Positions 23,617 through 29,572 of a stretch of 29,572 bases of DNA are shown piece by piece (the stretch's first letter is position 1; each line of letters opens with the position of its first letter). The notes beneath the pieces are model-generated. The model worked only from the letters and a program-made list of their open reading frames with translations. It searched no databases and was not told where the DNA came from. Origin of the DNA: a virus (taxonomy: Duplodnaviria; Caudoviricetes); the IMG/VR virus record IMGVR_UViG_3300016665_000180, positions 1 through 29,572 of that record; one strand, given 5' to 3'. The position numbers were made by a program, and so were the translations under genes.

Positions 23617-24099
23617 ATGGGCTACAGCAAGCGCCAGTTCGTGACCGGGGCCTTCGAGGAGATCGGCCTGGCGTCGTATGTCTTCGACCTCCAGCCGCAG
23701 GATCTGGAGACGGCGCTGCGCAGGCTTGATGCCATGATGGCCGAGTGGAATGGCAAGGGCATCCGGCTGGGCTACCCGCTGCCCGGCTCGCCCGAAGCCA
23801 GCGACATTGACGCCGAGAGCGGAGTGCCTGACAGCGCCAACGAGGCGATCATCACCAACCTCGCCATGCGCCTCGCGCCGGGGTTCGGCAAGACGCTCAA
23901 TGCTCTGACGGCAACGACCGCGAAGGCCGGCTACAACACCCTGCTTTCGCGTGCCGCGATGCCGCCACAGCAGCAGTTCCCGAGCACGCTGCCCAGTGGC
24001 GCTGGCTGGAAGTCCTGGCGCGACTATGGCGACCCCTTCGTTCGGCCCCCTGTGGACCGCGTGGCGGTCGGCGGCGACGGCAATCTGACCCTGGAGTGA
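23617..24099 (+). CDS. Head-tail adaptor, P22 gp4-like
   Basis: ALRRLDAMMAEW..KGIRLGY, AIITNLAMRLAPGFGK, LPSGAG; size and position match gp4. Confidence 0.85.
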   Translation: MGYSKRQFVTGAFEEIGLASYVFDLQPQDLETALRRLDAMMAEWNGKGIRLGYPLPGSPEASDIDAESGVPDSANEAIITNLAMRLAPGFGKTLNALTATTAKAGYNTLLSRAAMPPQQQFPSTLPSGAGWKSWRDYGDPFVRPPVDRVAVGGDGNLTLE

Positions 24100-24105
24100 T
24101 CCGAG

Positions 24106-24561
24106 ATGGCAACCATCAATCAACTGTCGCAGATGACTCAGGTAAGCGGGGCCGATCTGCTTCCGGTTTACAGCAGCACGAACGGCGATGCCCGCAAGCT
24201 CTCGATCTCGGCGCTGCTGTCGTACTTCCAGCAGGTGTTCGCCGCGCCGACGATGGCGACCAACGTCTACACGCCCGGGACCGGCTTCAACATCGCCGTG
24301 CCGACGCCCGTGGCTCAGCAGCAGTGGATGCTGCTCCAGCCGGCCGGCACGCTCGCCGCTGGAACCGTGACGCTGCCGCTGAACACCGCAACGCCGGACG
24401 GCACCGAAGTGCTCGTCACGACCCCGCAGATCATCACGACATTCACGCTCGCGCTCAACGGCGCAACGGCGGCCAATGGCGCACCGACCACGCTGGCCGC
24501 GAACGGTTTTTTCCGCATGAGGTTCGTGCAGTCGCAGAACTCGTGGTATCGCATCGCCTGA
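24106..24561 (+). CDS. Hypothetical virion protein (151 aa)
   Basis: Starts MATINQL; beta-rich, ends WYRIA; in the structural operon. Confidence 0.7.
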   Translation: MATINQLSQMTQVSGADLLPVYSSTNGDARKLSISALLSYFQQVFAAPTMATNVYTPGTGFNIAVPTPVAQQQWMLLQPAGTLAAGTVTLPLNTATPDGTEVLVTTPQIITTFTLALNGATAANGAPTTLAANGFFRMRFVQSQNSWYRIA

Positions 24562-24574
24562 CCGGAGACAGCCC

Positions 24575-24874
24575 ATGTCGTTCATCAACCAGTTCCGGCC
24601 GAACTACGGCAGCAACCAAGTCGTCACGCCCGCCGCCGCGTCGGCCAGCATCGTGATCCCCAGCCTCGACACCGCTGTGCGGCTCGTGAACACGGGCCTG
24701 AATGTCTGCTACGTCCGCATCGGCAACGTGGCCGACAGCGCCACGACGGCCGATCTGCCGGTGCGCGCCGGCAGCGAGGTGATCGTGCGCAAGTCGCGCG
24801 GCGATACGCACCTAGCCCACATCAGCGCGTCAGGCACGACGCTGAACGTGCAGACGGGCCTGGACGGCATCTGA
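24575..24874 (+). CDS. Hypothetical virion protein (99 aa)
   Basis: GGAG RBS; small beta-sandwich-like sequence. Confidence 0.7.
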   Translation: MSFINQFRPNYGSNQVVTPAAASASIVIPSLDTAVRLVNTGLNVCYVRIGNVADSATTADLPVRAGSEVIVRKSRGDTHLAHISASGTTLNVQTGLDGI

Positions 24875-24875
24875 C

Positions 24876-25157
24876 ATGGCGCGCGATCCGCGTCTGGAGA
24901 GGGTTGGCGTCGAGGGCTACAACAAGCCCCGGCGCACGCCTTCGCACCCGACGAAATCGCACGTCGTGGTCGCCAAGGAAGGCGATCAGGTCAAGACCAT
25001 TCGATTCGGGCAGCAGGGCGTCAGCGGCTCGCCCAGGCGCGAAGGCGAGAGTGCATCCGACAAGGCGCGGCGCGAGTCGTTCAAAGCCCGGCACGCCGAA
25101 AACATCGCCAAGGGCAAGATGTCGGCCGCCTATTGGGCGAACCGCGTGAAGTGGTGA
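24876..25157 (+). CDS. Small basic protein (93 aa)
   Basis: KTIRFGQQG...SFKARH...SAAYWANRVKW; tightly packed between neighbours. Confidence 0.75.
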   Translation: MARDPRLERVGVEGYNKPRRTPSHPTKSHVVVAKEGDQVKTIRFGQQGVSGSPRREGESASDKARRESFKARHAENIAKGKMSAAYWANRVKW

Positions 25158-25161
25158 CTCT

Positions 25162-26574
25162 GTGGCCCAGATCCCGATCCTCTCTGGCATCTACACCGAC
25201 CAGGCCGGCGACCTCCGCACGGCCTATCCGGTCAACCTGGTGCCTACGCCGAACGGCTCGGGCATCAGCGATGCCTACCTGCGCCCTGCTGACGGGCTGA
25301 TCGCCAACGGCACAGGCCCCGGCGTGGATCGGGGAGGCATCGAGTGGAACGGGGTCTGCTACCGGGTGATGGGCAGCAAGCTCGTCACGGTGGCCTCGAA
25401 TGGCGCAGTCACGGTGCTGGGCGATGTCGGCAATGATGGCCGACTCGTTACGATGGACTACTCGTTCGATTTGCTGGGCATCGCCTCGGCGGGTGGGCTG
25501 TGGTTCTGGAATCCAGCAACGAACGTGCTCGCGCAGAACACTGACCCCGACCTTGGCACGGTGCTTGATGTCGTGTGGGTCGATGGGTACTGGATGACCA
25601 CGGACGGCGAGTTCCTGGTGGTCACCGACCTGGGAAATCCGTTCGCGGTCAACCCGCTGAAGTACGGCTCCAGCGAGGCCGACCCCGATCCGGTGGTCGC
25701 GCTCGTCAAGCTGCGTAACGAGGTGGCGGCCATCAACCGGCACACCATCGAGATTTTCGAGAACATCGGCGGCGCTGGGTTTCCGTTCAACCGCATCGAC
25801 GGCGCGCAGATCCAGAAGGGCGCAATTGCCACGCACGCCGCGTGCATCTTCACCGACCAGATCGCATTCCTGGGCAGCGGGCGCAATGAGCAGCCCGGCA
25901 TCTTCCTCGGGGCCAACGCCTCGACGCAGAAAATCTCCACGCAGGAGATCGACGAACTGCTGGCGACCTACACCGAGGCGCAGCTGGAGTCGGTGAAGCT
26001 GGAGGCGCGCAACGACCGCTCCCACCAGCACCTTTACGTCCACCTCCCCGACCGCACCATCGTGTTCGACGCGGCGGCCTCGCAGGACTTGCAGCAATTC
26101 ATCTGGTTCACGCTCACCAGCAGCATCGTCGGCTTCCAGCAGTACCGGGCGCGCAACATCGTCTGGTGCTACGACCGCTGGCTGGTGGGCGACCCGACGA
26201 GCAACGCAGTCGGCTACATCACGCAGGACCGCAGCGACCATTACGGCCAGGCGGTGCGCTGGGAGTTCGGCACGATCATCATCTACAACGAGAGCAAGGG
26301 CGCGATCTTCAACTCGCTCGAACTGGTCGCGCTCACGGGCCGCATGGCTGTCGGAGCGGTGCCGAATATCTCGACCTCGTACAGCATCGACGGCATGACA
26401 TGGAGCCAGGATCGCGTCATCAGCGCCGGCGTTATCGGCAACACGCGCAAGCGCCTGCTGTGGATGCGGCAGGGGTTCATGCGCAATTGGCGCATCCAGC
26501 GCTTCCGGGGCACATCGGATGCGCATCTGTCGTTCGTGCGCCTTGAGGCGCAACTCGAACCGCTGATGACCTGA
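25162..26574 (+). CDS. Tail hub / DNA stabilisation protein, P22 gp10-like
   Basis: 470 aa, close to gp10 in size; beta-propeller-like repeats VVWVDGYW, YGSSEADPD, SIDGMTWS; downstream of the gp4-like gene. Confidence 0.88.
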   Translation: MAQIPILSGIYTDQAGDLRTAYPVNLVPTPNGSGISDAYLRPADGLIANGTGPGVDRGGIEWNGVCYRVMGSKLVTVASNGAVTVLGDVGNDGRLVTMDYSFDLLGIASAGGLWFWNPATNVLAQNTDPDLGTVLDVVWVDGYWMTTDGEFLVVTDLGNPFAVNPLKYGSSEADPDPVVALVKLRNEVAAINRHTIEIFENIGGAGFPFNRIDGAQIQKGAIATHAACIFTDQIAFLGSGRNEQPGIFLGANASTQKISTQEIDELLATYTEAQLESVKLEARNDRSHQHLYVHLPDRTIVFDAAASQDLQQFIWFTLTSSIVGFQQYRARNIVWCYDRWLVGDPTSNAVGYITQDRSDHYGQAVRWEFGTIIIYNESKGAIFNSLELVALTGRMAVGAVPNISTSYSIDGMTWSQDRVISAGVIGNTRKRLLWMRQGFMRNWRIQRFRGTSDAHLSFVRLEAQLEPLMT

Positions 26575-26575
26575 C

Positions 26576-27367
26576 ATGGCGACCTCGTCCCGCCGTCTCA
26601 GTCTCACGCGCGACCAACTCGCCGCGTTTCTGCGAGACCATGAGCAGATCAGGCAGTTCGAGCGCCTGTTCTCCACGGTCGATACCCTCGCGCCGGACTC
26701 CGTGAACGAGGTGAGCTACGCGGCAGGCTCGGCGCAGGCTGCGGCGGCCGAGGCCATCGGCCTGCTGACCGATCTGGCGCAGGACATGGCGACGAGCGTG
26801 GCCGCAGCAGAGGCGAAGGCGGTGCAGGCGCTCGGGGCGCTGCAAGCGTTGCAGCAGCAGGTCGATCTGCTGGCGACGGCCCCGCCGCCGCGCGAGTTCA
26901 AGCGCAGCCGGTACGGGTCGTTTCTCAGCACCGCAACGCAGACCGCCGCGGCGATCAACACCGCCTATGCGATGACGTTCAACACGACCGACCTGAGCAA
27001 CGGTGTACGGCTGCGTTCACCCAGCACCAGTGAGGTTGAGGTGGACACAGAGGGCGTCTACGACATCCAGTTCAGCGCGCAGCTGGACAACACCAGTGGC
27101 GGCAACCATCTGGCCTACATCTGGCTGCGGGTCAATGGCGCTGATGTTGCCAACAGCGCCAGCCAAGTGCGGCTGAAATCATCTGATGGCGAACTCGTCG
27201 CCGCGTGGAACTTCTTTTACCAGTTCAAGGCGCGCGACTATTTCGAGCTGATGTGGTCGGTGTCAGACACCAGCGTCGTCCTTGCGGCCGCTGCCGCCGC
27301 TGCGCCCGTGCCAGCCATCCCGAGCGTGATCCTCACGGTCAGTAACAACATCCAAGGAGTCCAGTAA
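26576..27367 (+). CDS. Tail needle/fibre-like protein: N-terminal coiled coil + C1q/BclA-like C-terminal knob
   Basis: Occupies the gp26 position; helical N-terminal half; C-terminal AMTFNTTDLSNGV...EGVYDIQFSAQL...PSVILTV. Confidence 0.65.
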   Translation: MATSSRRLSLTRDQLAAFLRDHEQIRQFERLFSTVDTLAPDSVNEVSYAAGSAQAAAAEAIGLLTDLAQDMATSVAAAEAKAVQALGALQALQQQVDLLATAPPPREFKRSRYGSFLSTATQTAAAINTAYAMTFNTTDLSNGVRLRSPSTSEVEVDTEGVYDIQFSAQLDNTSGGNHLAYIWLRVNGADVANSASQVRLKSSDGELVAAWNFFYQFKARDYFELMWSVSDTSVVLAAAAAAAPVPAIPSVILTVSNNIQGVQ

Positions 27368-27702
27368 TGGCCGTCACACCGAAAGTCCTGGTGCCGCCGC
27401 TCCAGATGCAGAACTCGCAGACCACGCAGTACACCGCGACGGCCGTGCGGGCAATCATCGACAAGGCGACGGTGACCAACACCGACACAGTCAACCGCAC
27501 GTTCTCGGTCAACCTCGTCACGAGCGGCGGGTCCGCTGGGAACTCGAACCTCGTGATCGACGACAAGACAATCGTCCCGGGCGAGACATATCTGTGCCCT
27601 GAACTGGTCGGCCAGGTGCTTGAGGTTGGCGGGTTCATCTCAACCATCGCCAGCGCGGCCACGGCGCTCACGCTGCGCATCAGTGGCAGGGAGATTTCCT
27701 GA
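27367..27702 (+). CDS. Hypothetical virion protein (111 aa)
   Basis: TAATG coupling and AAGGAG RBS; beta-rich. Confidence 0.75.
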   Translation: MAVTPKVLVPPLQMQNSQTTQYTATAVRAIIDKATVTNTDTVNRTFSVNLVTSGGSAGNSNLVIDDKTIVPGETYLCPELVGQVLEVGGFISTIASAATALTLRISGREIS

Positions 27703-27770
27703 TGGAGACTGATGGTGCTATGATCGGCGCCGCTGAGTCTGTCGGCGTCCAGCAGCCACCGGGAGGTGCG

Positions 27771-28217
27771 ATGCTGCGCGAAAACCTCGTTCAAGTGCTC
27801 CAACTGCCCAAGCCGGCAGTCGATTGGCTGTGCTCGCTCTACGAGGTGACCCAGACCTTCGATGACTTCGCCGACGGCGACGAGGTGCCGCGCGAGCGTC
27901 TGAACGCGCTCATCTGGGATGCGCTTGTCACGATGCCAAGCAACTCGTTTTTCGCGGCCAACGCGCCTGCGCTGCTGCCGGTGCTTGCCACGCAGATTCT
28001 GAAGTGGCAGGGCTCGGACGCCCGCGAGCGCGATGGGCACGCCGGCCCGGTGCCATTCGTGTGGCGCGCCGGGTTCTACGATGTCGTGCTGATGGCCGTG
28101 AACTTGTGCCACGGTACAGCCGTTGCACATGAGGCCGCGCCGCTGGTGGCGCAACTGTACGGCGAGCGACTGGAGGAGTATCTGGCCGAGTTCGCGCAGG
28201 GGGTGAATCATGCCTGA
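27771..28217 (+). CDS. Alpha-helical protein with a DDxxD motif (isoprenoid-synthase-like?)
   Basis: ATG 27771 after GGAGG (the ORF track starts at 27702); TQTFDDFADGD; predominantly helical pattern. Confidence 0.7.
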   Translation: MLRENLVQVLQLPKPAVDWLCSLYEVTQTFDDFADGDEVPRERLNALIWDALVTMPSNSFFAANAPALLPVLATQILKWQGSDARERDGHAGPVPFVWRAGFYDVVLMAVNLCHGTAVAHEAAPLVAQLYGERLEEYLAEFAQGVNHA

Positions 28218-28938
28218 TCCGGTAACCGGGTTAATCGTCGGCGGCACACAGCTCGTCGGCGGGGCCATCCAATCCCGCGCCGCTGGCAAAGCCGCAGGCC
28301 AGCAGGCCGACGCGGCGCAGGCCGGCATCGAGGAGCAGCGCCGGCAGTTCGACCGGCTGCAGGAGCTCCTCGCCCCCTACGTCGAAGCGGGTAAGCCCGC
28401 GCTTCAAGCGCAACAAGCACTGATTGGGTTGGGTGGAGAAGAAGCCCAACAGCAGGCGGTTGCCGGGTTGGAAGGCAGTCCGCTCTTCCAGGCGCTCGCG
28501 CGCCAGGGCGAGGAGGCCATGCTCCAGCAGGCCAGCGCCACAGGCGGGCTGCGGGGCGGGAACATCCAGGCCGCACTCGCGCAGTTCCGGCCTCAGATGC
28601 TCGCGCAGGCTATCGAGGAGCAGTACGGCCGCCTCGGCGGGCTGACCACGCTGGGCCAGCAGTCTGCGGCAGGCGTGGGTGCTGCGGGGACGCAGACGGG
28701 CGGGCAGATCGCCGGCCTGCTGGCGCAGCAGGGCGCGGCACGGGCTGGCGGCACGCTGGGGCGCGCCGCTCCGTTCGTGAACCTGTTTAACCTCCCGGCA
28801 CAGTTTCTAGGGATGCAGTACGGCATGGGCAAGACGCCTGGATTCGGGTCGCTGTTTGGGGGCACGCCGATTGGCGGCTCGACTGGTGCCGGCACGGTGA
28901 CGGGCGGCTCCGGGCTTCGGATGCCAGGAGGGGGCTGA
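28210..28938 (+). CDS. DNA ejection/pilot protein, P22 gp7-like
   Basis: Gly/Ala/Gln-rich; hydrophobic N-terminus, LAPYVEAG, ASATGGLRGGN; first of the ejection cluster. Confidence 0.8.
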   Translation: MPDPVTGLIVGGTQLVGGAIQSRAAGKAAGQQADAAQAGIEEQRRQFDRLQELLAPYVEAGKPALQAQQALIGLGGEEAQQQAVAGLEGSPLFQALARQGEEAMLQQASATGGLRGGNIQAALAQFRPQMLAQAIEEQYGRLGGLTTLGQQSAAGVGAAGTQTGGQIAGLLAQQGAARAGGTLGRAAPFVNLFNLPAQFLGMQYGMGKTPGFGSLFGGTPIGGSTGAGTVTGGSGLRMPGGG

Positions 28939-28939
28939 C

Positions 28940-29572
28940 ATGGCTATCGGCCCCATCGACTACACGATGCAGGTTCGTTCGCCTGCGGACGCATTCTTGC
29001 AGGCCGCCCAAGTCGGCGCGAACATCTCCCAATTGCAGATGCAGCGCGAGGCGATGCTTGCCAAAGCGCAGGAGGGCCAGCGCGCGGCAGTCGAAGCGAA
29101 GCGCCAACGCGATCTGCAAGAGGCGGCGCGGGCAGACTTCTTCGCCAACCCGCGCCCCACCTTGCGCGACGCGCTGCGGTTCGCGCAGACGCTGGACAAG
29201 GACCAGATCGCGGCGTTCAAGCCCTACATCGAGCGACTATCGGCTGACGAACAGCAGAGTCGTCTACGATTTGGTCTTGGAGTTCTGAGTGCGCTGGAGA
29301 GCGATCCGACTGTCGCGGCCAACATCCTGACCGAGCGCGCGGCAGCGGAGGAAAACGCGGGCAACACCGTCGATGCGGGCTTCTACCGCAACCTGGTGGA
29401 GTCGATCCGCAAAGGCGACCCTGCCTCCGCGTTCAAGGTCGCCACGACGCTTGTGGCTCCTTTGCCTGGCGCCAAGGAGGCGATGGAGGCTCGTGCTGCG
29501 GCGCGCGCATTGCCCGCAGGCGCGAAGATTCTCAGTTCTCAGGAGGCCGTCAAACTCGGTTTGCCTTCGGAG
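28940..29572 (+). CDS. DNA ejection protein, P22 gp20-like (truncated at the right edge)
   Basis: Open from ATG 28940 (GGAGG RBS) to the window end: MAIGPIDYTMQVRSPADAFLQAAQVG...; Ala/Gln-rich helical sequence after the gp7-like gene. Confidence 0.7.
   Translation, partial: MAIGPIDYTMQVRSPADAFLQAAQVGANISQLQMQREAMLAKAQEGQRAAVEAKRQRDLQEAARADFFANPRPTLRDALRFAQTLDKDQIAAFKPYIERLSADEQQSRLRFGLGVLSALESDPTVAANILTERAAAEENAGNTVDAGFYRNLVESIRKGDPASAFKVATTLVAPLPGAKEAMEARAAARALPAGAKILSSQEAVKLGLPSE

Noticed and set aside
14690-26676. Long antisense ORFs (e.g. 14690..16243, 16277..17509, 19498..20775, 23386..24588, 25081..26676)
   Set aside because: These are shadow frames of GC-rich genes. They overlap well-supported plus-strand structural genes and carry no recognisable motifs.
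1-29572. Diversity-generating retroelement, retron, integrase, tRNA or self-splicing intron/intein
   Set aside because: No reverse transcriptase or recombinase motifs, no TR/VR pair and no cloverleaf were seen. The polymerase, TerL and primase are of normal length and uninterrupted.

Overview
The window is about 29.6 kb of a GC-rich tailed phage or prophage genome, podovirus-like. No host genes, integrase, repressor, tRNA or CRISPR array are visible. (1) A leftward operon (<1-2495) holds a VRR-NUC nuclease, a SNF2-family helicase and small coupled ORFs. (2) A divergent rightward replication operon (2581-8845) holds a DUF2800/Cas4-like exonuclease, a putative SSB, a family A DNA polymerase and a RepB-type primase-helicase. 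(3) A leftward cluster of about 10 small early/accessory genes (8952-11985) is led by a Cys-rich radical-SAM/Gp88-like protein and includes one gene split at a G10 tract. (4) A repeat-rich non-coding block (12060-12700) is a candidate origin or packaging region. (5) A P22-like morphogenesis operon (12705->29572) runs TerS, TerL, portal, an unexplained 4-gene insert, scaffold, coat, gp4/gp10-like tail proteins and ejection proteins. The most striking unannotated signal is a ~72-nt minus-strand transcription unit at ~8847-8918 with its own -10 box, a hairpin and a terminator. Its single-stranded 5' end is complementary to the Shine-Dalgarno and spacer regions of the first replication-operon gene and of most early genes, making it a candidate multi-target anti-SD small RNA. 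All calls come from reading motifs and gene context by eye; no database search was run.
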